This document shows positions 10,901 to 19,331 of a stretch of 64,000 bases of DNA, piece after piece (position 1 is the first letter of the stretch; each line of letters starts with the position of its first letter). A model generated the notes under the pieces. It searched no databases, had not been told where the DNA came from, and saw only the letters and a program-made list of their open reading frames with translations. The position numbers and the translations under genes were made by a program. The DNA comes from Candidatus Latescibacterota bacterium (GTDB lineage Bacteria; Latescibacterota; UBA2968; UBA8231), in the NCBI GenBank assembly GCA_965200315.1, contig OZ241362.1:3872001-3936000 (forward strand), written 5' to 3'.

Positions 10901-11295
10901 ACGAGATCGCCCGCTCGCTGCGCGGGCACCGAGGAGCGCAACAGCGAGTGCAGGCCATCGAGGACGAGGTGCGGGACGTGCTCGCCGACTTACAGCGCGG
11001 TCGGCTCACCCGGCGCACGCGGCAAAATCAAGAGCGCATCTATCAGCGCATGCTCGACGCCAGCCGCTCCATCCACAGCCGCGGCTTTGACGAAAAGCGG
11101 CGCAGCATCGCGGCTACCGACCAGCCCTACGCCGGCCCAACCGCCCTACCCACCGGTCGCGGGCAGACGCCCGACCTGTGGCGCGAGGCCCTGCGCCAAG
11201 CGCTCGCTGGTCCTTATCCCGAAGAGTACCGCGCCTTGCTCCGGCACTACTACGACCAAATCTACCAAGACCTACAAGCGCACGAAGCCCCATGA
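7999..11295 (+). CDS. DUF4175-like membrane-anchored protein (Ig-like domains plus long coiled coil)
   Basis: N-terminal TMs; YQYPAYSQLP and EASDDFSV motifs; Q/E/L-rich coiled coil; C-terminal PEEYRALLRHYY. Confidence 0.75.
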   Translation: MTTPPLQSILAPLTVLRRRALAFALGSGVALCLAAGLSLGLLWVLLEALFFFSPPWRTGLGLTAFGGTCGVLAFALRRHLPVLLSQHRFALFVERRCTPLQQQLISALELSDADSAQHSPALLAAASERAAALLRATNPSQILDRRPLYAYLRLLGGSAAVALLCGALLGDDLTQAVYRCAHPLTAYERPPRTLITVQPGDLEVIKGDDATLQVHFAGDKPRRARIVRRASAEAPYQSEELVIDRADSVAYTFPQVQRSFRYAIAAGDDRSPEYEVLVIDPPAVKHLRLHYQYPAYSQLPARIDLEGGDIEGLPGTHVALEIAANKPLSKATLVLDDTLATSAQLDGASARVAFQIERPGAYHIALVDRKGATNRDPIRYAIQVREDQKPVVTIVDPGRDSDLPESLKVLLKAEASDDFSVEEIALVYRVNSGPEQHRALPINPQREVLVSHIWDLSATNLQLSSGRSLLPEDRIYYHLEALDNNQVAGPQKGQSRQYVLRFPSLHELYSEADQAQEEQLSSLEELAAEGQAHQEYIERVRRELLKSEELSWEQKKELEATLAAEAERARAVEELAAELEKSIDSMQAEDTGAEELLDKLNHIRELMGDIATPEMQQALADLQKAASNPDPQALADALKRFNEDQQAFQQRLDRTIALLEQVRTEQQLRAIVEQAAELARRQSQINRELADGQSGLRQQLQEGSLQRDTERLAEQLQDLSESTAEQNPALSEQLAHRAEDIERKALAERMRQMVNQIRAKSPSAAQQSGQALAADLDSLAEGLQQLQDEYLSEEKDQLSRELRRAMRDLIQLSQRQESLFADTRAQDQFALMQGTSQVVERIATVGRRTLALAPDLSATVGYALRDMQHAAQRLGQRDVQGAHHFQRKAMRYLNETVLLLRESLDNLAKAQTPSAFAEAMQQLLGLSEQQNQLNQASEQVMGQTPSPALQGQIARLSSQQQGLMQTLDEIARSLRGHRGAQQRVQAIEDEVRDVLADLQRGRLTRRTRQNQERIYQRMLDASRSIHSRGFDEKRRSIAATDQPYAGPTALPTGRGQTPDLWREALRQALAGPYPEEYRALLRHYYDQIYQDLQAHEAP
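9382..9402 (-). repeat. REP-like palindromic element inside a CDS
   Basis: Minus strand reads GCTTCGACCTGAGCTCAGCTG, related to CTTCGACAAGCTTAG at 16614 and CTTCGGCAAGCTCAG at 11368. Confidence 0.55.
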
Positions 11296-12155
11296 AAATA
11301 CCCGCCCTCATCTGCGCCCTCGGCCTGTGGAGCACGGCTGCCGCAGCCGCCGACCTGCCAGCTCAGACTTCGGCAAGCTCAGTCGAGCAGTCGAGCAAGC
11401 GAGCAGTCGAGCAAGCGCACCTATTGCTAGAGCACGATGCCCGAGGCGCTTGCACCGCCCTGCAAGCGGTGATCAAAGCCCCGCAGCACGGGCCGTGGAC
11501 CGAGCCGGCCCAACTGCTGTTCGCCGAGTGCAGCCTGCGCCTCGGCGACCTAGACCGCGCCGATAGCTTGTGGGCCCACTTGGAACAGCGCGGCGGTCCG
11601 GCTGTATACGCGGCTCGCTATCACCGCGCCGAACTGCTTTACTTCCGCGGCGACTTTGCCGCAGCTATAGTCGCCTTGGCCACGCTGGCCACAGCCGACG
11701 ACGCGGGCCATGACTTTGCCAACGATGTCCTCGCCCTACTCGCCATCTGCGAAGAGTACGCCGCGGCCGATGGCCTCGCCGATCTCAGCCGCGCTCAGCT
11801 CTTAGAGCGGCAAGGACAGAGCGCAGCGGCCGACGCGCACTGGGCTACCCTCGAAGACGGTGCCGACCCGGGCCTTGCCGAGTGGAGCTTGCTCCTCCGC
11901 GCCGAATTGTGCGCTCAACAAGATCGTCTCGACGAGGCCGGCGCCCTATATCAGCGCCAAATCGCCCGCTTCCCCCAAGGCGAGCACATCGTCGCCGCCC
12001 ACCTCGGCCTAGCCGCGATCTACGAGCGCCAAGGCGCGATTGAGCAAGCCCTCAAAACCTACGAGACCGCGCTCCTCCAGCACCCACACGATGCCCGCGC
12101 CCCAGAGGCGCGCCTACACATTGAGCGGCTCCGTCACCTGCGCGAAAGCGGCTGA
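11292..12155 (+). CDS. Secreted tetratricopeptide-repeat protein
   Basis: ATG 11292 overlaps the upstream stop (ATGA); signal peptide; TPR helices (AHLGLAAIYERQGAIEQALKTYE). Confidence 0.8.
   Translation: MKIPALICALGLWSTAAAAADLPAQTSASSVEQSSKRAVEQAHLLLEHDARGACTALQAVIKAPQHGPWTEPAQLLFAECSLRLGDLDRADSLWAHLEQRGGPAVYAARYHRAELLYFRGDFAAAIVALATLATADDAGHDFANDVLALLAICEEYAAADGLADLSRAQLLERQGQSAAADAHWATLEDGADPGLAEWSLLLRAELCAQQDRLDEAGALYQRQIARFPQGEHIVAAHLGLAAIYERQGAIEQALKTYETALLQHPHDARAPEARLHIERLRHLRESG
11368..11416 (+). repeat. REP-like element plus 16-bp tandem duplication inside a CDS
   Basis: CTTCGGCAAGCTCAGTCGAGC at 11368-11388; GAGCAGTCGAGCAAGC twice (11385-11400, 11401-11416). Confidence 0.65.
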
Positions 12156-12159
12156 TCTC

Positions 12160-13419
12160 ATGCCCATTTTCATTGCCCTAGCCCTTGGCACCCTCGCCCT
12201 CCTCCCGGCCCGCGCCGAGCAGATCCTCGTGCCCATGGACACCTCTCAGCGCGACCACCTGCGGGCCTACGGCCTCGCTTTTTGGACCTTGGAACGCGGC
12301 ATTCCGGTTGCGTGGCTGCTCAACTACCGCGGCGGCGCATTCCTCGTCGAAGCACACGCCCTCATCGCCAGCGAAGCCATCCTGCGCGGCATCAGCACCG
12401 AGCACATCTCCGAGGCCCAAGCCGCCCAGATCTACGCGGAGATCGATGCGTCCAACATGGAAGTCGTGCGCTTGGAAAAGGTGCCGAAGATCGCCGTGTA
12501 CACGCCGCCGAACAAACAGCCTTGGGACGACGCGGTGACCCTTGCGCTGGAATACGCCCAAATCGACTACGAAAAAATCTGGGACGACGAAGTGCTCCAA
12601 GGTGCGCTCGACAACTACGATTGGCTGCACCTGCACCACGAGGACTTCACCGGCCAGTACGGCAAGTTCTACGGCTCCTACAGCAATCAGGCTTGGTACC
12701 GCGAACAGCAGACCGCGTACGAGCAGATGGCGCACCGCCTCGGCTATGCCAAGGTCTCCGCGCAAAAGAAGGCCGTGGTCGTCAAGATCTACGAATATAT
12801 GGCAGCGGGTGGCTTCCTCTTCGCCATGTGCTCGGCCACCGATACCTTTGACATCGCCCTCGCCGCGCTCTCCGTGGATATATGCCACGCGGTTTTTGAC
12901 GGCGACGCGGCCGACCCCAACGCCCAAGCCCAACTCGACTTCAGCCGCACCGTGGCCTTTGAGAACTTCGTGCTCGAAACCAACCCGCTCGTGTACGAAT
13001 TCTCAAACATCGACACCACGCCAGACGACATGCGCCGGGTCCGCACGGCTGAGGCCGAGTATTTCACGCTGTTTGAGTTTTCCGCCAAATACGACCCGGT
13101 GCCGACGATGCTCACCCAGTGTCACACCAACATCGTCGATGGCTTCCTCGGCCAGACCACGGCCTTCCGCCGGTCGCTGATCAAGGACTCGGTCATCCTC
13201 CTCGGCCAAGAAGAGGGCACCGACAGCGTCAAGTACATCCACGGCCGCGTCGGCAAGGGCACCTTTACCTTCTACGCCGGTCACGACCCAGAAGACCACA
13301 GGCACCACGTCTATGATCCGCCGACCAACCTCACCCTGCATCCCAACTCGCCCGGCTACCGGCTCATTTTGAACAACGTGCTCTTCCCGGCGGCCAAGAA
13401 AAAGGAGCGCAAGACCTGA
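12160..13419 (+). CDS. Conserved secreted protein with class-I GATase-like fold (family often auto-annotated 'asparagine synthetase B')
   Basis: Signal peptide; WLLNYRGG, WLHLHHEDFTGQYGKFY, GGFLFAMCSATD, GHDPED, PGYRLILNNVLFPAA motifs. Confidence 0.75.
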   Translation: MPIFIALALGTLALLPARAEQILVPMDTSQRDHLRAYGLAFWTLERGIPVAWLLNYRGGAFLVEAHALIASEAILRGISTEHISEAQAAQIYAEIDASNMEVVRLEKVPKIAVYTPPNKQPWDDAVTLALEYAQIDYEKIWDDEVLQGALDNYDWLHLHHEDFTGQYGKFYGSYSNQAWYREQQTAYEQMAHRLGYAKVSAQKKAVVVKIYEYMAAGGFLFAMCSATDTFDIALAALSVDICHAVFDGDAADPNAQAQLDFSRTVAFENFVLETNPLVYEFSNIDTTPDDMRRVRTAEAEYFTLFEFSAKYDPVPTMLTQCHTNIVDGFLGQTTAFRRSLIKDSVILLGQEEGTDSVKYIHGRVGKGTFTFYAGHDPEDHRHHVYDPPTNLTLHPNSPGYRLILNNVLFPAAKKKERKT

Positions 13420-13420
13420 G
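13360..13420 (+). repeat. Direct repeat copy 1 (3' end of the GATase-like gene)
   Basis: 58/61 identical to 14047-14107; 48-bp perfect core 13373-13420 = 14060-14107. Confidence 0.95.
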
Positions 13421-13470
13421 CGAGGAAAGGGAACTGCTATGAAGCCGTTTTCTCATAGGAGGGATTGACT

Positions 13471-13713
13471 ATGCCCATGATAGCTGTGCCCGCCCATTTT
13501 GATGGGAAGCGCATTTGCTTGGATGAACCATTTGACTTAGCACCGAATGCAAAACTGATCGTCACCATTCTACCAAATCAGGAGTCCGATAGTGAGCATT
13601 CAGCTTGGTCGCGTTTATCCGGTCAAAGACTAAAAGACGCCTATGGGGAAAACGAGCCTGAGTATTCATCGGATTTGCTCAAAGAGGTGAATCCCGACTA
13701 TGAAGGAAGGTGA
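13471..13713 (+). CDS. Putative type II antitoxin
   Basis: Small protein overlapping the PemK-like toxin start; AGGAGGG RBS; AHFDG..ICLDEP and AYGENEPEY motifs. Confidence 0.7.
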   Translation: MPMIAVPAHFDGKRICLDEPFDLAPNAKLIVTILPNQESDSEHSAWSRLSGQRLKDAYGENEPEYSSDLLKEVNPDYEGR

Positions 13714-14053
13714 CGTCGTTATTACACCAGTACCTCAGGCTGATGGAGAACTAAAGGACCGACCTGCCATTTTTCTACGGGAAATGCCATTCTATCGCGA
13801 TCTGCTTGTTTGCGGTGTAAGCACTCAGTTCCATCAGTATGTCGAGGAATTTGATGAAGTCATTTCCCTTGCCGACGCGGATTTCAAGTCGAGTGGTCTG
13901 CGCTCAAAATCTCTGATTCGACTAGGCTTTCTCGCTGTGTTACCGCGTCATCGCGTACTTGGCTCTATAGGGTCTATTTCGCCTGAACGGCACAGACGTC
14001 TATTGAGCAAGCTGAGTGATTACCTTCTCAAGGCCGCAAGAGGAATCGGCTGA
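13700..14053 (+). CDS. PemK/MazF-family toxin
   Basis: MKEGDVV...KDRPAIFL...LLVCGVST...SGLRSKSLIR...GSIS, a PemK-like pattern. Confidence 0.8.
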   Translation: MKEGDVVITPVPQADGELKDRPAIFLREMPFYRDLLVCGVSTQFHQYVEEFDEVISLADADFKSSGLRSKSLIRLGFLAVLPRHRVLGSIGSISPERHRRLLSKLSDYLLKAARGIG

Positions 14054-14107
14054 TCTTGGACAACGTGCTCTTCCCGGCGGCCAAGAAAAAGGAGCGCAAG
14101 ACCTGAG
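14047..14107 (+). repeat. Direct repeat copy 2 (orphan copy of the gene 3' end, RLILDNVLFPAAKKKERKT*)
   Basis: See 13360-13420. Confidence 0.95.
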
Positions 14108-14376
14108 TAGGCATGCCGTCCTAAATGAGTTGAAAGCATGGAACGTTCAGCGGCTCCGTCTTCGCTGCGTTCCCGGCCATAGACCAGCGGACGAGACGCC
14201 CGCGCATCCAGCCATACTTCGCATCTTATGAATGACGGAGGATTGCTATAGGCCCAGACCACTCAAAACGGTCTGGGCTGTTGTTGCGTGAGGCGGGGGT
14301 GAAAATCGCCGACTCCGAGGCGCAGCTATTGGTAGGCTCTGTTGCGGAGTTCCTTTGGACTCCTTTAGAACAAGAA

Positions 14377-14419
14377 CATATAGAGGCTGGGCCTACTCAT
14401 AAGGCCCAGCCTCTATATG
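14377..14419. terminator. Perfect 18-bp inverted repeat (hairpin; terminator or REP)
   Basis: CATATAGAGGCTGGGCCT-actcata-AGGCCCAGCCTCTATATG, just downstream of the minus-strand Bor-like remnant. Confidence 0.6.
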
Positions 14420-14434
14420 CTATGCTGCGACCAG

Positions 14435-14605
14435 CTACTTGGCCACCGTGCGCGACGTGACAGCCGGCACGAAAATCGCAATGATCACATCGACGAAATT
14501 GGCTTCCGTCTCAATGGTATAGTCGGTGGCCTCCCCGGGCATGGCTTTTGTATCCACCTCGTTGATCGGTGCCAAGTCGAGGATGTACCACCTGGCTGTG
14601 ATTGC
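14435..14605 (-). pseudogene. Bor/Iss-like lipoprotein remnant
   Basis: ITARWYILDLAPINEVDTKAMPGEATDYTIETEANFVDVIIAIFVPAVTSRTVAK* resembles the Bor-family C-terminus; no signal peptide or lipobox upstream. Confidence 0.5.
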
Positions 14606-14717
14606 CCGAGAACATTGAGGCCGCAGAACGGGCACGAATGGCTTGCAAACTGGCCAAGCAGCACCTTCTCCCATATCTTCTGCCAATTCACTTACCCGTT
14701 GCATTGAAAGGAAGTAC

Positions 14718-15707
14718 ATGTCGGATGTCGAGGCCGTAGCCCAACTCGGCCAAATCAGGGACCGCATCTACGGCGAGATCGGCCAAGTAATTATCGGCCA
14801 GAAGCAGATTGTCGAAGAGCTGCTCATAGCCTTGCTCGCCGGCGGCCACTGCCTGCTCGTAGGTGTACCTGGCCTAGCCAAAACTACGCTCATCCAAACC
14901 CTCGCCCGCACGCTCGACCTCTCCTTTGGCCGCATCCAATTCACTCCGGATCTGATGCCCTCGGACATCACCGGCACCGAGGTACTCGAAGAGGACATCG
15001 ACACCGGCCGCAAGGCATTTCGCTTCATCCGCGGGCCCCTGTTTGCCAACGTCATCCTCGCCGACGAAATCAACCGCACGCCGCCCAAGACCCAAGCGGC
15101 CCTGCTCCAAGCCATGCAGGAACACGCGGTCACCGCGGCTGGTGAGACCATGCAGCTCAGCGAGCCATTCTTCGTGCTCGCCACCCAAAACCCCATTGAG
15201 CAGGAAGGGACCTACCCCCTGCCCGAAGCCCAGCTCGACCGCTTTATCTTCGAGCTATGGATCGACTATCCCAGCGACCGCGAGGAAGAGGACATCGTCC
15301 GCGCCACCACCAGCGTCGCCCAAGCAACTGTCCGCCAAGTCGTCGATGCCGAGCAGATCGTCGAGCTGCAACAACTCGTGCGCCGGGTGCCCGTGGCCGA
15401 TCACTGCGTCCGCTACGCCGTCTCGCTGGTGCGCTCCTCCCGGCCCGGGGACGCCCAAGCACCGGACTACATCCGCGAAATGGTCAGTTGGGGTGCCGGG
15501 CCGCGAGCCTCCCAGTACTTGGTCTTAGCGGCCAAGGCGCGGGCCATCCTCGCCGGGCGGCACTCGGTCGCCATCGAGGACATCCTCGCCGTGGCGCTGC
15601 CGGTGATGCGCCACCGCATGGTCGTCAACTTCCACGCCGAAGCGCAAAACATCAGCGCGGTTGGCCTGATTCAACGCCTGCTCGCCGACGTGGAGCCAGA
15701 GTCCTGA
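14718..15707 (+). CDS. moxR: MoxR-family AAA+ ATPase
   Basis: GVPGLAKT, RIQFTPDLMPSDITG, LADEINR, ATQNPIEQEGTYPLPEAQLDRF. Confidence 0.95.
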   Translation: MSDVEAVAQLGQIRDRIYGEIGQVIIGQKQIVEELLIALLAGGHCLLVGVPGLAKTTLIQTLARTLDLSFGRIQFTPDLMPSDITGTEVLEEDIDTGRKAFRFIRGPLFANVILADEINRTPPKTQAALLQAMQEHAVTAAGETMQLSEPFFVLATQNPIEQEGTYPLPEAQLDRFIFELWIDYPSDREEEDIVRATTSVAQATVRQVVDAEQIVELQQLVRRVPVADHCVRYAVSLVRSSRPGDAQAPDYIREMVSWGAGPRASQYLVLAAKARAILAGRHSVAIEDILAVALPVMRHRMVVNFHAEAQNISAVGLIQRLLADVEPES

Positions 15708-15708
15708 C

Positions 15709-16608
15709 GTGAGCGAAGCCGTCTCCTATCTCCACCCGGAAACCATCTCGCGCCTCGCGCGCCTCGACCTGATTGCGCGGCTCGTGGTCGAAGGCTTTAT
15801 CACCGGCCTGCACCGCAGCCCGTATCACGGCTTCTCGGTCGAATTCTCCGAGCACCGCCCCTACCTGCCGGGTGACCCTCTGCGCGACCTCGATTGGAAG
15901 GCATACGCCAAGTCTGGCCGCCTGTACGTCAAACAGTACGAAGAGGAAACCAACCTCAAAGCCTATCTGCTGCTCGACGTGTCCGGCTCCATGGACTTTG
16001 CGGCCGGCGCGCCGCTGAGCAAGTTTCGCTACGCGGCCTCTTTGGCGGCCGCCCTGTCTTACCTCATGCTCAAGCAGCGCGACGCGGTCGGCTTGTTGCT
16101 CTACCATCACCAGACCTCAGCATACGTGCCGCCGCGCTCGGTGCAAAGCCACCTCCAAGTGCTCCTCAAGACCATTGACCAAGCAAGGCCACACAGCGAG
16201 ACGAGCATGGCCCCGGCCTTCCACGACCTCGCCGAGCGCATCCGCCGTCGCGGCCTCGTCATCGTGCTGTCCGACCTGCTCGACGCGCCCGACCAAGTCC
16301 TCGAAGGGCTGCGCCACTTCCGCCACCTGCGGCACGAAGTGATCGTCTTCCACCTGCTCGACCCCCGCGAGCGCGACCTCGCCTTCCGCGACCAGACTCG
16401 CTTCTACGCCCTCGAAGCCCCAGACCAAACCCTCACCACCCAGCCTTGGCACATCCAGCACGAATACCGCGCGCTGATGGACGAGCTGATCCAAACCTAT
16501 CGGCTCGGGTGCGCCGAGGCCGGCATCGACTACGCCCTGCTCGACACGGCGACTCCCTTTGACGTGGCCCTATCGCGCTACTTAGCGCAGCGCAAAAAAA
16601 TGGGTTAG
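15709..16608 (+). CDS. DUF58 family protein (MoxR partner)
   Basis: GLHRSPYHGFSVEFSEHRPYLPGD, DWKAYAK, YEEETN, LDVSGSM. Confidence 0.92.
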   Translation: MSEAVSYLHPETISRLARLDLIARLVVEGFITGLHRSPYHGFSVEFSEHRPYLPGDPLRDLDWKAYAKSGRLYVKQYEEETNLKAYLLLDVSGSMDFAAGAPLSKFRYAASLAAALSYLMLKQRDAVGLLLYHHQTSAYVPPRSVQSHLQVLLKTIDQARPHSETSMAPAFHDLAERIRRRGLVIVLSDLLDAPDQVLEGLRHFRHLRHEVIVFHLLDPRERDLAFRDQTRFYALEAPDQTLTTQPWHIQHEYRALMDELIQTYRLGCAEAGIDYALLDTATPFDVALSRYLAQRKKMG

Positions 16609-16613
16609 CCGTC

Positions 16614-16659
16614 CTTCGACAAGCTTAGGGGCGCCGCCCTTGGGCTGAGCCGGTCGAAG
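16614..16659. repeat. Intergenic REP-like inverted pair
   Basis: CTTCGACAAGCTTAG (16614-16628) and CTGAGCCGGTCGAAG (16645-16659), an imperfect inverted repeat. Confidence 0.65.
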
Positions 16660-16668
16660 CCCGCCCTG

Positions 16669-16700
16669 AAACTTGACTTTTTTGTACAGATTTCTAAGTT
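16669..16700 (+). promoter_or_regulatory. Putative suf promoter with overlapping IscR-type-1-like operator
   Basis: TTGACT (16673)-N16-TAAGTT (16695). AAACTTGACT matches the left half of the E. coli IscR type 1 consensus; the right half is weak. Confidence 0.4.
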
Positions 16701-16732
16701 CTTGAGACTGCGCATACATACAAGGAGCCACC

Positions 16733-18196
16733 ATGAGCGAAAGCACCCAAACCCTAGAGCAATTTGCCAACCGCGACTACGAGTGGGGATTCGTCACCGA
16801 CGTGGAGGCTGACTCGGCCCCGCCCGGCCTCAACGAAGAGATCATCCGCTTCATCTCCGCCAAAAAGGACGAGCCTGAGTTCATGCTCGAGTGGCGGCTC
16901 AAAGCCTATCGCCGCTGGCTTGCCATGGATGATCCAACGCGCCGCAAAGAGAGCCAGCGCTGGGCCATGGTCCACTATCCCAACATCAACTACCAAGACA
17001 TCGTTTACTACTCGGCCCCCAAGAAGAAACAGCTCGACAGCCTCGACGAGGTTGATCCTGAAATTTTGGCCACCTACCAGAAGCTCGGTATCCCGCTTGA
17101 AGAGCAGAAAATGCTCTCCGGCGTGGCCGTGGACGCCGTCTTCGACAGCGTCTCGGTGGCCACCACGTTCAAGGACAAGCTAGCCGAGTTAGGCATCGTC
17201 TTCTGCTCCATGTCCGAAGCCATCCACAATCACCCCGCGCTCGTGCAAAAGTACCTCGGCTCGGTCGTGCCCTATTCCGACAATTTCTTCGCCACCCTCA
17301 ATTCCGCGGTCTTTACCGACGGCTCCTTCGTGTACGTACCTCCGGGCGTGCGCTGCCCCATGGAGCTATCGACGTACTTCCGCATCAACGCGGCGAACAC
17401 CGGCCAATTCGAGCGCACCTTGGTCATCGCCGACGAAGGGGCGTATGTGTCGTATTTAGAGGGCTGTACGGCGCCCATGCGCGACGAAAACCAGCTCCAC
17501 GCGGCCGTCGTCGAGCTCGTAGCCCTCGGCGATGCGCAGATCAAGTACTCCACCGTGCAGAACTGGTACCCCGGCGATGAAAACGGCAAAGGCGGGATCT
17601 ACAACTTCGTCACCAAGCGCGGTGCCTGTCGCGGCGACCGCTCCAAGATTTCGTGGACCCAAGTCGAGACCGGCTCGGCCATCACCTGGAAGTACCCAAG
17701 CTGCATCCTCCAAGGCGACGACTCGATCGGCGAATTTTACTCGGTGGCCGTCACGTCCAAGCGGCAGCAGGCCGACACCGGTACCAAGATGCACCACATC
17801 GGCAAAAACACCCGCAGCACCATCGTCTCCAAGGGCATTTCGGCCCAGCGCGGCCAAAACACCTATCGCGGCAAGGTCCAAGTGCTCAAAAACGCGACCG
17901 GTGCCCGCAACTTCACCCAGTGCGATTCCATGCTCATCGGCGACCAATGCGGCGCGCATACCTTTCCCTACATCGAGGTGCGCAATCCCACCGCCCACGT
18001 CGAGCACGAGGCTTCTACCTCCAAGATCGGCGAGGACCAAATTTTCTACTGCAACCAGCGCGGAATTTCCACGGAAGACGCCATCTCCATGATCGTCAAC
18101 GGCTTCTGCAAGGAAGTCCTCGCTGAGCTGCCGATGGAATTCGCCGTCGAAGCGCAAAAGCTGCTCGGCATTAGCCTCGAAGGCAGCGTTGGGTAG
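16733..18196 (+). CDS. sufB: Fe-S cluster assembly protein SufB
   Basis: [55 protein letters not shown]. Confidence 0.98.
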   Translation: MSESTQTLEQFANRDYEWGFVTDVEADSAPPGLNEEIIRFISAKKDEPEFMLEWRLKAYRRWLAMDDPTRRKESQRWAMVHYPNINYQDIVYYSAPKKKQLDSLDEVDPEILATYQKLGIPLEEQKMLSGVAVDAVFDSVSVATTFKDKLAELGIVFCSMSEAIHNHPALVQKYLGSVVPYSDNFFATLNSAVFTDGSFVYVPPGVRCPMELSTYFRINAANTGQFERTLVIADEGAYVSYLEGCTAPMRDENQLHAAVVELVALGDAQIKYSTVQNWYPGDENGKGGIYNFVTKRGACRGDRSKISWTQVETGSAITWKYPSCILQGDDSIGEFYSVAVTSKRQQADTGTKMHHIGKNTRSTIVSKGISAQRGQNTYRGKVQVLKNATGARNFTQCDSMLIGDQCGAHTFPYIEVRNPTAHVEHEASTSKIGEDQIFYCNQRGISTEDAISMIVNGFCKEVLAELPMEFAVEAQKLLGISLEGSVG

Positions 18197-18264
18197 ATAA
18201 GTCAGAACGAACTCACCTAGTTCGTCGCAGATATCCCTTGACCAAAACAGTACGAGGTTGAACC

Positions 18265-19287
18265 ATGTCTAGCACCATCCCGTACCAAGAGCACACCACC
18301 GAATCAGTCGATCTAGCAGAGGCAGGGGTGCCCACCATTATGTTGCCCAATGGCGAGCGGTTGGAGTTTCCCGGCTGCCGCGCCTACAAGATGTCCCTAT
18401 CCGAACTGGAAGAGTACGAGGGCCGATACGAGTATTGGTATGGTCCCACCGAAACCCTCATCGTCGTGGCCGAGGAACCCAGAGTTAGCGGGGACCACGA
18501 ACTGCCCGCGTCCTATCTGATGCAACTAGTTCAACAAATTGCCGACGAGTGCGGGGCGCACTTTGTCCCCTTTGGCACGGTCAGCATCTGGGATGCAAAT
18601 GCCGAAGGCGTCCCCCGGGTCGTCCTGCGTCCCGATCAATGCCTTTACTTGCGTCCCGAGTCGGCGCGATTGCCCGCAAAGGACGGGTTGAAGTTGGGCT
18701 TTCACACCTTGCCCGATGTGGTGTTGGAAGTCGATCACACGACCGACATTCGGCGGGGGAAGCTGCATCAGTACGCGTTGTGGGGCTTTCCCGAAGTGTG
18801 GGTCGAAGTCCCCGAGGCGTACACGCCTAGCCGACGGGCCGGCAAGCCTCGACTGACGATCTATGTATTGGAAGGCAGGCAATATCGCGAGGTCGCGGCG
18901 AGCCGGGCGTTGGCGGGTTGGACGGCGAAAGAAATACACCGGGCACTCAACGAGCGGTTGAGGTGGTCGTCGGAGACGACAGCGGCACTGTTGAGGGTGG
19001 CGCGGGCGCTAACGGCGCGTTTGGGCACGGCTGGGCCTGAAGGTACGCCGCGCTTGCGAATGCACCGTGAAGAAGGCCGTGAAGAAGGCCGTGAAGAAGG
19101 CCGTGAAGAAGGTAAGCGGGCTTTGTGCTATCAAGCAGCACTGCGGTTTGGCGAGGATGTGGCCAAGGATTTGGCGTCATTGCTCGCAGGCGTGTCGGGT
19201 GAAAACCTGACGCATGTGGGCGGCTGGATCGTAACATCCCACAGTGGCGATGAACTACTCAGCCGAGTGCGAGAGAATAGGGCCTAG
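18265..19287 (+). CDS. Uma2/DUF820-type PD-(D/E)XK nuclease-fold protein with Rpn-like REEG-repeat tail
   Basis: RPDQCLY, PDVVLEVDHT, YALWGFPEVWV motifs; C-terminal (REEG)4 plus helical tail. Confidence 0.75.
   Translation: MSSTIPYQEHTTESVDLAEAGVPTIMLPNGERLEFPGCRAYKMSLSELEEYEGRYEYWYGPTETLIVVAEEPRVSGDHELPASYLMQLVQQIADECGAHFVPFGTVSIWDANAEGVPRVVLRPDQCLYLRPESARLPAKDGLKLGFHTLPDVVLEVDHTTDIRRGKLHQYALWGFPEVWVEVPEAYTPSRRAGKPRLTIYVLEGRQYREVAASRALAGWTAKEIHRALNERLRWSSETTAALLRVARALTARLGTAGPEGTPRLRMHREEGREEGREEGREEGKRALCYQAALRFGEDVAKDLASLLAGVSGENLTHVGGWIVTSHSGDELLSRVRENRA
19065..19112 (+). repeat. 12-bp tandem repeat x4 (CCGTGAAGAAGG)
   Basis: Four perfect units encoding REEG. Confidence 0.95.
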
Positions 19288-19331
19288 CTTGGCATTGATT
19301 TTGAATAAATGCTGTGAAATGGAGACACCCC

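Noticed and set aside
11178-11291. N-terminal extensions in the ORF track (11178, 12040, 14643, 27169, 28749, 35595, 48973)
   Set aside because: They overlap upstream genes or lack an RBS; downstream ATGs give coupled starts and family-typical N-termini.
19065-19112. 12-bp tandem repeats (also 23489-23520) as possible CRISPR
   Set aside because: No spacers, in-frame coding repeats, and no cas genes in the window.
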